Source: Terriglobia bacterium (GTDB taxonomy: Bacteria > Acidobacteriota > Terriglobia > Terriglobales > Acidobacteriaceae). From it: DNA of 64,000 bases. Position numbers and translations under genes: made by a program. This document shows positions 39,455 through 49,271 of this stretch, in pieces. Numbering within the stretch: the first letter of the stretch is position 1; every line of letters begins with the position of its first letter. The notes under the pieces were generated by a model, which had not been told where the DNA came from, searched no databases, and saw only the letters and a list, made by a program, of their open reading frames with translations. Location: positions 46,779 to 110,778 of the forward strand of contig CAVXCR010000029.1 of NCBI GenBank assembly GCA_963760265.1, read 5' to 3'.

Positions 39455-39560
39455 ATTTCGTAATTTCGTAAGTTGGTAATTTGGCAATTGTTAGGCGAGA
39501 GCAAATCGGCCCGGAAGATTTGAAATTACCAATTTACAAAAATACCAAATTACTAAATCG
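39455..39560. repeat. AT-rich imperfect inverted repeat built from GTAATTT/TTGGTAA words, between convergent genes
   Basis: Left arm ATTTCGTAATTTCGTAAGTTGGTAATTTGGCAATTG. Right arm TTTGAAATTACCAATTTACAAAAATACCAAATTACTAAATCG. Confidence 0.6.
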
Positions 39561-39564
39561 TCCA

Positions 39565-40816
39565 TCAGTCCACAGCGTGCAGTTCCTTCCCCCTCGTTTC
39601 CGGCAGGAACACAACCGCTACGATCATCAGCAGGTACGCGGACAGGGAAAACGCGGCGATCGCAGCCCCCAGCGAGATGCGCACGCTGAGGTAGCCGACC
39701 AGAGCGGGGAACAGGGCGCCGATGCCGCGGCCGAAATTATAGGAAAAGCCCTGGCCGGAGCCGCGCACGCGGCTGGGGAAAAGTTCGGTCAGGAACGCTC
39801 CCATGGGGCCAAACGATCCCGAGGCAAAAAATCCCAGCGGAAATCCCAGCACCAGCATGACGTGGTTGCCGATGGGGAGATAGGTGTAGGCGGCGACGGC
39901 CACCAACGAGCACACGGCGAAGAGGATGAGCGTGCGCCGCCGGCCGAGCCGGTCCGTCAGCCAGGCGCTGACCATGTATCCGGCAAACGATCCCACGATC
40001 ACCACCAGCAGGTACGCGCCCGTATTCAGCACCGACAGGCCGCGCGCCGTCTTCAGGTAGGTGGGCAGCCAGGTGGTGATCGCGTAGTACCCGCCCTGCG
40101 CCCCGGTCGCCATCAGCGAGGTCAGCACCGTGACGCGCAGCAGCGAGGGCGAGAAAATTTCCAGGAACCGGCTGCCATCGCCGGATGCGGCCAATTCCAC
40201 CCGGGTGCGGCTATAGACCTCGGGCTCCGGCACGTAGCGCCGGATGTAAAAGACCAGCAGCGCCGGCAGGATCCCGACCCAGAACATCGCGCGCCACGCC
40301 AGTGTCGGCGGCAGGGCGGAAAACAGCACGGCATAGAAAATCGCCGCTATTCCCCACCCGATCGCCCATCCGCCCTGGACGGTGCCGACGGCCTTGCCGC
40401 GATGCTGGGCGCGGATGGTCTCACCCATCAACACCGAGCCGACCGCCCATTCGCCGCCAAATCCCAGCCCCTGGAGGCCGCGCGTGACCAGCAATTGCCA
40501 AAACGAATTGGTAAAGCCGCTGAGAAACGTGAACAGCGCGAACCAGGCAATGGTGATCTGCAGCACGCGGGCGCGTCCGTAGCGGTCGGCCAGCAAGTCC
40601 GGCGAGCCAGCCGCCGACGGCGGAGATGATCAGCGTGGCGGCGGCCAGAATCCCAGCGCGTCCTTTGCTGATATGCCACAGCGTAATCAGGGTCGGAATC
40701 GCGAAGCTGTACACCATGACGTCCATGCCGTCGAGCGCCCATCCGCCAAAGGTGGCGATGAGCGTGGAGCGCTCGTGGGGAGCGAGATCGAGGAGCCAGG
40801 GCTTGCGCGCGGGCAT
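39565..40816 (-). pseudogene. MFS transporter, frame disrupted at ~40597 (or assembly indel)
   Basis: MPARKPWLLDLAPHERSTLIATFGGWALDGMDV...SAVGGWLAG, then one extra base, then LLADRYGRARVLQITIAWFALFTFLSG... (ORF 39565-40596). Confidence 0.8.
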
Positions 40817-41083
40817 GGTGGCGGGATTATAGAGCCGGAGTGACAAATGCAGATTGACGATTGACGATTGAAAAAGATCAACACAGAGGGCGCGAAGGGA
40901 TCGCAGGGTTCGCATAAGTGCCGCGCCGCTGGCGCTCCCGCCAAGTTTCTCGCAGCCTACCCACCGCTGCCGCGGTGGGCTAACGAATGCCGCGCCTCCG
41001 GCGCTGCACACGCGAGGGCGCGTGTGCCACATCGTTCGTCTATTCAGTTGAATCAGCGTTTATCTGCGTGCATCAGCGGCTAA

Positions 41084-42325
41084 TTATTCGTACCGCAGCG
41101 CTTCGATGGGATCGAGGTTGGCGGCGCGGATGGCGGGGAACATGCCGCTGGCGAGTCCAACAAAAGCGAGGATGGCGGTGGCGATGGCCAGGATACGCGG
41201 TTGGATGAGTAGGGTGATGTCGCCGGCTTCAGCGTGCGAGGCCAGCGCGCTGTACAGGGTGATGCGCCCGACCCCGAGCGAGACCAGGTACGACATGACA
41301 ACGCCGCAGACCCCGCCCACCGCGGTGATCACCAAAGCCTCAGCCAGAAACTGGAACAGGATGTCGCGTTTGCGGGCGCCGAGCGCTTTCTCCACACCGA
41401 TCTCGCGGGTGCGCTGCGTCACCGACACCAGCATGATGTTCATTAGGCCCACGCCGCCGATCCCCAGCGTGAGCGTGCCGATGAAGCCCATCAGGATCTT
41501 GATGCCGAGGGTGATGATTTCAAATTGCGCGAGCTGCTTTTGCGCGTCGAACACAAAGATGGCGCGCTGGTCCTCGGGATTGAAGCTGTGCGCCATGGCC
41601 ATGGTTTCGCGGATGGTCTTGGTCACCTTGTCGTGGTCGAGCGCCTCGTAATCCAGCCAGATGCTGCCGACATAATGCGTGTCCTTTAGCAGGCCCATGG
41701 TGTTGTAAGGGATGTAGACAACGCGGTTGATGTCGTCGTCGCCCTCCTGCATGCGCGCATTGAGCACCCCGACAACCTCAAAGGTCACGCCGCCCAGCCG
41801 CACACGCTGGCCCACCGCGGGCGCTCCCGAGAACAGCTTTTGCTTGGCTTCCCAGGCGAGGACCGCGACCCGCGCGTGAGAGAAATTGTCTTCATCGGTG
41901 AGCAGGCGGCCGGATTCGGTGTTCAGGTTCCAGATATTCTGTGCCGGTGGATCGATGCCCTGAACGTCGAAATTGAACGCGCGCTCCTCGCGCTGCACGG
42001 GAACGGTCTTGCCGTTGGCACGGGCCATATGGCGCACCAGCGGCACCACGTTGCGCAAACGCTCCAGGTCGTCGTCGGTGAATCGAGTCTCCACGCCCGC
42101 CTTGTTGCCGCCCGCCTGCATCGAGGTGCGCCCGGGAAATACGCCGACCGCTTTCGCGCCAAAATTGTTGAAGATGGCATATATAGCGCGGCCGAAGCCG
42201 TCGCCGTAGGCGAGCAGCAGCACCACGGTGGCGATGCCCCATGCCATGCCGAGCATGGTGAGGAGCGTGCGTCGCCGGTTGTGGCGCATGGCCTCGTACG
42301 CCATCTTGAGCAGGTCGCCGCTCAC
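41084..42325 (-). CDS. ABC transporter permease, MacB/FtsX-like
   Basis: MacB-type N-terminal TM helix (RRRTLLTMLGMAWGIATVV), a large periplasmic domain and C-terminal FtsX-type helices. Confidence 0.85.
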   Translation of the reverse strand: MSGDLLKMAYEAMRHNRRRTLLTMLGMAWGIATVVLLLAYGDGFGRAIYAIFNNFGAKAVGVFPGRTSMQAGGNKAGVETRFTDDDLERLRNVVPLVRHMARANGKTVPVQREERAFNFDVQGIDPPAQNIWNLNTESGRLLTDEDNFSHARVAVLAWEAKQKLFSGAPAVGQRVRLGGVTFEVVGVLNARMQEGDDDINRVVYIPYNTMGLLKDTHYVGSIWLDYEALDHDKVTKTIRETMAMAHSFNPEDQRAIFVFDAQKQLAQFEIITLGIKILMGFIGTLTLGIGGVGLMNIMLVSVTQRTREIGVEKALGARKRDILFQFLAEALVITAVGGVCGVVMSYLVSLGVGRITLYSALASHAEAGDITLLIQPRILAIATAILAFVGLASGMFPAIRAANLDPIEALRYE

Positions 42326-43576
42326 TTATTCCCTCCTCAACGCTTCCACCGGCTGCAGCATGGCGGCTTTGCGCGCCGGATATAGGCCGGCGATGATGCC
42401 CGCCAGCGCCAAACTTCCGATCGCAATGGCTGCCGATGAAGGCACGATTTTGGGCGTGTCCCATCCCGGCGGCGAGGGCAGCTTGCCCAGCGCGGCACAC
42501 AATGCGGCGGCCACGGCCATGCCAAACCCGCCGCTGAGCAGGGTCAGGAACGCGCCCTCGGCAAAAAACTGGAACATGACGCTGCGATTGGTGGCGCCCA
42601 GCGCCTTGCGCAGTCCGATCTCCGGGGTGCGCTCCGCCACCGCCACCAGCATGATGTTGATGATTCCGATGGCGCCCAGTGCCAGCGTCACCAGGCCGAC
42701 GGTGCCGAGAAACATGTCCATGGCGTCAAAGATCTTGCCCACCATGTCGTAGGTCTGGATCGAGTCCCACTCGTCAAAGGCGTCTTTGTTGGTCCAGTCG
42801 AACTGGTGATTCCGGCCCACGATCTTGTGCACCTGCAGGCGAGCGAGTTCGTGCAGCGCGTGCACCCGCGGCTGGTAATTGATAAACGAGATCGCGTCCG
42901 GCACCTCGCCGGTGTCCTTGCGGGGGAAGAACATGCGCATGGTCTCGAAGGGGATCATGATGCGCAGGTTCATGGTGTTGTTATCGCCGTGCCCGATGCG
43001 TTCGACGGTGCCGATCACCTCGAAGCGGACGCCGTTGAGCAGGATGGTGCTGCCGACGGCGGGTTGACCCTGGAACAGGATTCGGCGGGCTTCATCGCCG
43101 AGCACAACCACCGAGTGGCGATCGGCGTTGTCGCCGTCGTTCAGCCAGCGGCCGGTTTTGATGGGGATATAGCGAATCTGGTTGTAATTCGGCGTCACGC
43201 CCATGAGCTGGCCGGAGGAACTGTTGAACGCGCTCACCGCGCGGATGTCACCGCGAAAAATTCCAGGCGCGGCAGCGCGACACTCGTTGCATTCGCGAAC
43301 GATATCTTCCCAGTCGCGAACCGTGAGGTAGTACTGGCGCATGCCGTTGAAGTTGCCTTCAATCGCCGGCACGCGCCCGCCCCAGATGAACAAGACGTCT
43401 TCGCCCAGCGTCGAGAGCTGCTTTTTCTGACCGGTGCGGAAGCCTTCCCCGAGGCCCACCAGCAGCAGCAGCGAACCCACGCCCCACGCGATGCCGAACA
43501 TGGTGAGAAACGAGCGCATTTTGTGCGCCCACAGGGTACGCAGCATCTGGACGAAAATGTCGAGCAGCATGCGCAT
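42326..43576 (-). CDS. ABC transporter permease, MacB/FtsX-like (paralogue of the adjacent gene)
   Basis: Same architecture (HKMRSFLTMFGIAWGVGSLLLLV...). Its stop abuts the next start. Confidence 0.85.
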   Translation of the reverse strand: MRMLLDIFVQMLRTLWAHKMRSFLTMFGIAWGVGSLLLLVGLGEGFRTGQKKQLSTLGEDVLFIWGGRVPAIEGNFNGMRQYYLTVRDWEDIVRECNECRAAAPGIFRGDIRAVSAFNSSSGQLMGVTPNYNQIRYIPIKTGRWLNDGDNADRHSVVVLGDEARRILFQGQPAVGSTILLNGVRFEVIGTVERIGHGDNNTMNLRIMIPFETMRMFFPRKDTGEVPDAISFINYQPRVHALHELARLQVHKIVGRNHQFDWTNKDAFDEWDSIQTYDMVGKIFDAMDMFLGTVGLVTLALGAIGIINIMLVAVAERTPEIGLRKALGATNRSVMFQFFAEGAFLTLLSGGFGMAVAAALCAALGKLPSPPGWDTPKIVPSSAAIAIGSLALAGIIAGLYPARKAAMLQPVEALRRE

Positions 43577-43858
43577 GTTGCTGTACCGGTATAGACGGGG
43601 CGGACGGAGCTTGGTTATCGCCCCTGTCTACACATACGCCAGAGTAAGCGGAAATGTTCCCGGGGGATGATGCGAAACGTGGAATTTACAACGTTTCACA
43701 AGGGTGTCGGCTTTTGGTGCTGAGGGTGATAGTGCTTGCCTGCGACCCTGAAGGGCGGTACTCGTTATACGGGCTGGTCGTCCCGTTTCAGCTGTAACTT
43801 GTGATAAGGGCTGTTCACGCCAATTACACGGGAGCATACTGCGGTTTGAGGGACTGGC

Positions 43859-44104
43859 ATGAGGCTTTTGAAAGTAATATCCATAATGGTAATCGGCCCT
43901 GCTTTGGGTATTTTGGTGGGCTTTATTGTCGGTGGCGCTTTACTCCCGCCAGACCCCACCGGGCGGGGCGCTCCCGGCGACGGCTTTCTGATTCTTTACT
44001 GCGTGCTCGTCGCGCTTGCTGTGTCTACTGTGGGTTCTGTGCTGTTGGCGATCAAAAGTTGGCGTAGCTCGGCTAGTCTGAAGACGCAAGCAAACCCAAA
44101 CTGA
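43859..44104 (+). CDS. small two-TM membrane protein
   Basis: Two hydrophobic segments (ISIMVIGPALGILVGFIVGGALL and FLILYCVLVALAVSTVGSVLLAI) in a lower-G+C spacer. Confidence 0.4.
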   Translation: MRLLKVISIMVIGPALGILVGFIVGGALLPPDPTGRGAPGDGFLILYCVLVALAVSTVGSVLLAIKSWRSSASLKTQANPN

Positions 44105-44196
44105 GCCACTCTTCGTTCCCCCGCCCAGCGTAATTGTCGTGAAATCCCCTTATCACCGACAACCCGCCGCTAAGCCAACCACCGAATCCCTTACCC

Positions 44197-45138
44197 TTAG
44201 CCCCTCCCCGCCAAATGGAAGTACCTTCGCGCGCGCTTCACGTCATGCGCGATCTGCTCCCGCAGCGCTTCCACATTGGGAAACTTCTGTTCGTCTCGCA
44301 GGCGCTGCAGGAAGAAGAGCTCGACCTCCGTCTGCGCGGTCAGGGAAATGGGATGGAAGTTGAGCAGGTGGCTCTCGATGGCGAAGGAGTCAGGGCCGAA
44401 GGTGGGACGGACGCCGACATTGGTGACCGAGTCGAAGGTCTCTCCGTTGACCCGCGTGCGCGTGACGTACACGCCGTTGCGCGGGACCATCTCGTCGTAG
44501 CGGCTCAGATTGATGGTCGGGACGGTGTACTTGTGGCCGTAGCCGCGGCCGCGGCCCGGCGTGGAGACGATGCTGAACACGCGGTCCAGCAGATGTCGCG
44601 CGCGGCTCGCATTGCCCGCGGCCAGCAGTTCCCGGATGCGCGAGCTGGAAACCACTTCGCCGCGGATGGTGAGCGCGGGGTAGATTTTCACCTCAAACCC
44701 GAACTCGCGTCCGAACTCGGCCAAGCGGTCCACGTTCCCCTGCGCGCGGTGTCCGAAGTGGAAATTGAAGCCCTCGTGAACTTCGCGCGCGTGCAGTGCG
44801 CGCACCATCACCTGCTCGACAAATTCCAGCGGCGTCATCAGCGACAGGTCGCGTGTGAATGGGAGCACGAGCACGGCATCCACGCCGGTTTCCTGCAGCA
44901 GCCGCAGCATGACCGGCAAGGGCGTGAGCAGGCGCGGCGCCACATCGGGGCGCAGCACGCGCATGGGATGCGGGTCGAAGGTGACCACAATCGAGCTGCC
45001 GCCGATCTCTCGCGCGCGACGTACCAGTTCGCTCACCACCCGCCGATGTGCCCGGTGCACGCCATCGAAATTGCCGACCGAGGCGATGGTAGGTCCGTGG
45101 TCGGCCGGAACTTCGTCGAGATGTCGGAAAATTTTCAT
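44197..45138 (-). CDS. ribF: bifunctional riboflavin kinase / FAD synthetase
   Basis: ASVGNFDGVHRAHRRV..., ...TFDPHPMRVL..., ...GRGRGYGHKYTVPTINL... Confidence 0.95.
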   Translation of the reverse strand: MKIFRHLDEVPADHGPTIASVGNFDGVHRAHRRVVSELVRRAREIGGSSIVVTFDPHPMRVLRPDVAPRLLTPLPVMLRLLQETGVDAVLVLPFTRDLSLMTPLEFVEQVMVRALHAREVHEGFNFHFGHRAQGNVDRLAEFGREFGFEVKIYPALTIRGEVVSSSRIRELLAAGNASRARHLLDRVFSIVSTPGRGRGYGHKYTVPTINLSRYDEMVPRNGVYVTRTRVNGETFDSVTNVGVRPTFGPDSFAIESHLLNFHPISLTAQTEVELFFLQRLRDEQKFPNVEALREQIAHDVKRARRYFHLAGRG

Positions 45139-45173
45139 TCAGGTGCGACTTGCCACTCACGAGCAGAAAGCTG

Positions 45174-45246
45174 AACCGCAAAGGACGCCAAGGACGCAAA
45201 GAAGGAAGAACAAAATCCTTTGCGTCCCTTCGCGTCCTTTGCGGTT
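45174..45246. repeat. ~28-bp-arm inverted repeat built from AAGGACGC words
   Basis: AACCGCAAAGGACGCCAAGGACGCAAAG ... CTTTGCGTCCCTTCGCGTCCTTTGCGGTT, between ribF and the MBL gene. Confidence 0.75.
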
Positions 45247-45272
45247 GACTCTTTTTCGATTCTCAAATTCAT

Positions 45273-46043
45273 TCAAATCTCAAACTCCAGCTTCATCCCA
45301 TCATGCGAAAGCCGCACGTGCTCCGGCAGCCTGGCATTGGTTTCTTCGTGCCCGAGGTCGTGGGAGATGTGGGTGAAAAATGCCCGCCGTGGATGGAGCC
45401 GCTCGATCAACTCCAGCGAATTCGCAACCGTCGAGTGCGTCGGGTGTGGCTTGTGGCGCAACGCGTCCAGGAACAGGATGTCCAGGCCTCCCAGTCGTTC
45501 CATCGAGCGCTCGGGAATTTCGCTGAAGTCGGTGAGATAGGCGGCCGAACCGAAGCGGAAGCCGCAAATTTCGGCGTCGCCGTGCATCACCGGGATGGGA
45601 TCGAAGCAAACGCCGTGCAGTTCCAACGGTCCGTCCAGCGTATTCAGTTCCACCTGCGCGATGCCGCCGTACTTGTAATTACCCGCGAAGATATAGCTGA
45701 ACATTTCGCGGATGCGGCCAATCGCCGATGCCTGCGCATACAGCGGGATCTTGCCGGCGCTGTGAAAGGTCAGCGGGCGAAGGTCGTCGAGGCCGAGGAT
45801 GTGATCGGCGTGAGCATGGGTGTAGAGCACGGCGTCGAGGTGGCGGATGCCTTCGCGGATGGCCTGCTCGCGAAAATCCGGCGTGGAGTCGATCAGCACG
45901 CGGTGCTCGCCGTAGTCCACCAGGACGGACGGCCGCGTGCGGCGGTCGTGCGGGTCGGTCGAGGTGCACACCGCGCAGCGGCAGCCGACGGTGGGCACGC
46001 CCATCGACGTCCCGCTGCCGAGCACGGTCAGGATGGCTTTCAT
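45273..46043 (-). CDS. MBL-fold metallo-hydrolase (PhnP-like)
   Basis: VLGSGTSMGVPTVGCRCAVC...LYTHAHADHILGLDDLR. Confidence 0.85.
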   Translation of the reverse strand: MKAILTVLGSGTSMGVPTVGCRCAVCTSTDPHDRRTRPSVLVDYGEHRVLIDSTPDFREQAIREGIRHLDAVLYTHAHADHILGLDDLRPLTFHSAGKIPLYAQASAIGRIREMFSYIFAGNYKYGGIAQVELNTLDGPLELHGVCFDPIPVMHGDAEICGFRFGSAAYLTDFSEIPERSMERLGGLDILFLDALRHKPHPTHSTVANSLELIERLHPRRAFFTHISHDLGHEETNARLPEHVRLSHDGMKLEFEI

Positions 46044-46660
46044 TTGATGTTGAGTCCACCTGGTGGCGGCGGCGCGCCCGGCGTCTGTGGGCCGCGCGCG
46101 ATCGCATTGGTGACCTCGACGTACGCCATGCGCAGCTCGTAGAGGACGTTCTGCATCAGGTTGTCTTCCGTCATCGTGAGATTGCCCCTGGTTTTGTCGG
46201 CCAGCATCCCCAGCGTGTCAATGGTCTGGCGCGCGCCCAGCAGGTCCACCCCCGCCTGGCCTCCCTGCTCTTGCATCAAGCCCAATTGCATGAGAGCGCT
46301 CATGTACAGCGAGGCGATGAAGCGCTCGAAGTTCATCTCGAAGTCCTGCACGCGGCGTCCGCCGAGTTCGGACTGGATCTGTGCATCGAGCTTCTTCGAC
46401 GTTTCCTTGAAGGCATCGTGCTGCGCCTGGCGGTCGGCCGCGCTCGGCGGCGGCGGGACGTTGCCCTCGTCCTGGCGCTCTTCCTGCTTCGGCGGTTTTG
46501 GTGGCGGCGGCTCGGGCGCTACCGGCGCCACGGCCTGTGGCGGCTCCGCAGGGCGCGCTTCCGGCGCCTCCTCGAGCGGCGGTTCGGGTGCAGTTTCGCC
46601 TTCCGACGTGAAGCGCCGGCGGTCGGTTACGGTGAACTCTGATTCTCTTTTTTCAGGCAT
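46040..46660 (-). CDS. DUF1844-like protein (Pro-rich N-terminal half, conserved C-terminal half)
   Basis: FTVTDRRRF..., ...FERFIASLYMSALMQLGLM... ATGA overlap with the MBL gene. Confidence 0.65.
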   Translation of the reverse strand: MPEKRESEFTVTDRRRFTSEGETAPEPPLEEAPEARPAEPPQAVAPVAPEPPPPKPPKQEERQDEGNVPPPPSAADRQAQHDAFKETSKKLDAQIQSELGGRRVQDFEMNFERFIASLYMSALMQLGLMQEQGGQAGVDLLGARQTIDTLGMLADKTRGNLTMTEDNLMQNVLYELRMAYVEVTNAIARGPQTPGAPPPPGGLNIK

Positions 46661-46684
46661 AGCTGTTACCAAGTTCTGTCTCTC

Positions 46685-46755
46685 GGTCTTTCGGTCCATC
46701 GGTCTTTCGGACGTGTGCGATCAGAATGACCGAAAGACTGATCGACCGATAGACC
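46685..46755. repeat. inverted repeat built from GGTCTTTCGG words
   Basis: GGTCTTTCGGTCCATCGGTCTTTCGG ... GACCGAAAGACTGATCGACCGATAGACC. Confidence 0.7.
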
Positions 46756-46761
46756 AATTCT

Positions 46762-47832
46762 TCATGCCGCCAGCTCCTTGTAGGGCAGCAGTTGGGCAAT
46801 GGCGCGCGCGCCGTCAACGCTGAACTCCGTGCCGGTAGCGAGGGCATCCGTGCGCACATAGCCGAGCGCGAGCGTGCGGTCGCCACTGCTGCCGGGAACC
46901 GTGAGCGCGCTGGTTACCTCGCCCACTTGCTTGCCGTCCTGCTGGATCTTGGCGCCGGGTACGGGCGGTGGGCCATCCACCACAAACCCGGTCAGCTTGC
47001 GATGGAGCAGCGCGCGCGAGTGGATGCGTTCCACGATTTCCTGCCCAATGTAGCAGCCTTTCTTGAAATTGAGTGCCTGCCCCTGATCGGTTTCCTGCGG
47101 CAGGTAGCGCTCGCTGATGTCCTGGCCGTAGCGCGGAATGCCGGCGGCGAGCCGGAACATCTCCAGCGCCTCGGTGCCGACCGGCTTGGCTCCGCTGCGC
47201 ACCAGCGCATCCCACGCGGCGCCGGCGTTGGCGGGCGCGAGCCAGATTTCATAGGTGGGCGAGATGTCGCCGGCCTCGCGCGTGACCGAAAGCCCGATGT
47301 CGTTCCAGGCGATGTCCTGCACCTGAAGCTGCTCCACGTCGGCCAATTTGAAGCCGAATCCGGCATCGCCGAGCACCTCGCGCGCGCGCGGCCCCTGAAC
47401 CGCGAGCGAGGTGAGCTTGTCGCTGATCTCGGTGAGCTCGACATCATCCATGATGATGTATTTGTTCATCACTTCCAGCAGCTTGGGCGCCTGCCAGCGC
47501 GCCGTGTCCATCAGCAGGTAGTCGCCGCGATTGTAGATGTACATGTCCGCCAGGATGCGCCCCTGCGCGTTGAGCAGGAAATTGTAATTGCCTTGACCCG
47601 CGGGGAGGTCGCGGACGTTGTTGGTCACCATGCCATTCATCCAGCGGACGCGGTCGGCGCCGGTGGCCACGATCTTGGCGCGCCAACCCAGGTCGTAGAT
47701 GCCGCAGCCGGAGCGCAGTTCCACGTATTCGCGCCGGGCATCGCCGAAGGCGGCGGCGGTTTCCGCGCCCAGGTAGTCGCTCAAGCGCGCGCCGGCGGCG
47801 GCAAGCCGGTCATGGAGTGGAGTCGTGGGCAT
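46762..47832 (-). CDS. folate-binding YgfZ/GcvT-like aminomethyltransferase-family protein
   Basis: ...LRSGCGIYDLGWRAKIVATGADRVRWMNGMVTNNV..., ...KGCYIGQEIVERI... Confidence 0.8.
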   Translation of the reverse strand: MPTTPLHDRLAAAGARLSDYLGAETAAAFGDARREYVELRSGCGIYDLGWRAKIVATGADRVRWMNGMVTNNVRDLPAGQGNYNFLLNAQGRILADMYIYNRGDYLLMDTARWQAPKLLEVMNKYIIMDDVELTEISDKLTSLAVQGPRAREVLGDAGFGFKLADVEQLQVQDIAWNDIGLSVTREAGDISPTYEIWLAPANAGAAWDALVRSGAKPVGTEALEMFRLAAGIPRYGQDISERYLPQETDQGQALNFKKGCYIGQEIVERIHSRALLHRKLTGFVVDGPPPVPGAKIQQDGKQVGEVTSALTVPGSSGDRTLALGYVRTDALATGTEFSVDGARAIAQLLPYKELAA

Positions 47833-47851
47833 GGTCGAACTGATAATTATA

Positions 47852-48041
47852 GTCGACGGTCGGCGGTCGACGGCTGACGGCCCCCACAACAACGGATGTC
47901 ATCCCGAGCGAGCGCCGCCCGATGTTGGCGGCGCGAGTCGAGGGACCTTGTGTCTGCCATCGACCATCGACCAACGGCCATCGACCAACGACCATCGACT
48001 AGCGACCAACGACCGATCCGCCATCGACCATCGACCGTCGA
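47852..48041. repeat. divergent-promoter spacer filled with CGAC-type heptamer tandem repeats in inverted orientation
   Basis: GTCGACGGTCGGCGGTCGACGGCTGACGG (47852-47880) faces CCATCGACCATCGACCAACGGCCATCGACCAACGACCATCGAC...CCATCGACCATCGACCGTCGAC (47957-48041). Confidence 0.75.
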
Positions 48042-48060
48042 CTCCTGTATCGTGTCACCC

Positions 48061-49108
48061 GTGAGCGACAAAAAGAGGATTGCCGTTGTCCCCGGCGACG
48101 GCATCGGCAAAGAAGTCATTGCCGAGGCGCTGAAGGTGGTGCGCGCCAGCGGAGCGCCGGTGGACCTGTACCGAGTTCGACTGGAGCGCCGATCGCTACC
48201 TGCGCGATGGCACCACCATCCCAGCCGACGGATTCGAGATGCTGGCGCACGATTTCGACGCCATCCTGGTCGGCGCCCTCGGCGATCCGCGCGTTCCCAG
48301 CAACATCCATGCCAAGGAAATCCTGCTCGGCATGCGCTTCAAAATGGACCTCTACGCCAACGTCCGCCCGGTGCGCCTGCTCGACGAAAGTCTCTGCCCG
48401 CTCAAGAACGTGAAGCCCGAGGACGTGAACTTCACCGTCATTCGCGAGAACACCGAGGGCGTGTACATGGACATGGGCGGTACGTTCAAGCAGGGCACGC
48501 CCGATGAGGTCGCGACGCAAGAGGACATCAACACGCGCAAGGGCGTGGAGCGCGTGATCCGCTTCGCGTTCGACTATGCGCGGCGCCACGCGCGCAAGAA
48601 GGTGCTGATGGCGGACAAGTCCAACGTCATGACCTACGCCGGGGGGCTCTGGCAGCGCGTCTTCAAGGAAGTCGCGACAGAATTTCCGGAGATCGCGGCG
48701 CAGCACATGTTCGTGGACGCGCTCTGCCCTGCGATGGTGCGCGAGCCGCGGCAGTTCGAGGTGATCGTCACCAACAACATGTTCGGCGACATCCTCACCG
48801 ACCTTGCCGCCGCGCTGCAGGGCGGGCTGGGCATGGCCGCAAGCGGAAACATTCATCCCGGCCGCACGTCCATGTTCGAGCCGGTGCACGGGTCGGCGCC
48901 GCTGCTGGCAGGAAAGAACGTGGCCAACCCGCTGGGTGCCATCCAGAGCGCGGCCATGATGCTGGCACACCTCGGACTCCAGGAGCATGCCGGCCGCATC
49001 GATGCCGCGGTGCTGGCGGCGGTGCGGGCACAGCAGTTGACCCAGGACGTCGGCGGAAACATGGGCACGCGAGAGGTCGGAGATTGGGTGGCGAAGCGGG
49101 TGAGCTGA
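48061..49108 (+). pseudogene. isopropylmalate/tartrate dehydrogenase-family enzyme, frame disrupted near 48169 (or assembly indel)
   Basis: VSDKKRIAVVPGDGIGKEVIAEALKVVRASGAPVDL, then a frame change, then TEFDWSADRYLRDGTTIPADGFEMLAHDFDAILVGALGDPRVP...[12 protein letters not shown]... Confidence 0.8.
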
Positions 49109-49118
49109 TCCACAATTC

Positions 49119-49206
49119 AGTCCCGCAGGGACGGCAGTACTTAGCCCGGCACGTCAGTGCCGGGATTGCATGCATTAGAAATGGTCGGAGTCCCGTAGGG
49201 ACGGCA
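49119..49206. repeat. cluster of three short GC hairpins
   Basis: AGTCCCGCAGGGACGGCA (49119), CCCGGCACGTCAGTGCCGGG (49145) and AGTCCCGTAGGGACGGCA (49189). The first and third are near-identical direct repeats. Confidence 0.65.
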
Positions 49207-49271
49207 CGCAAGAGTTCTGGTGATCCGAAAATTTTATGACGTGTCATTCCGAGCGCAGCGAGGAACCTGCT

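Noticed and set aside
47957-48041. Possible CRISPR-like array
   Set aside because: The repeat unit is only ~7 nt (CATCGAC/CAACGAC) with no spacers, and there are no cas genes in the window. It is a simple tandem repeat in a divergent promoter spacer.
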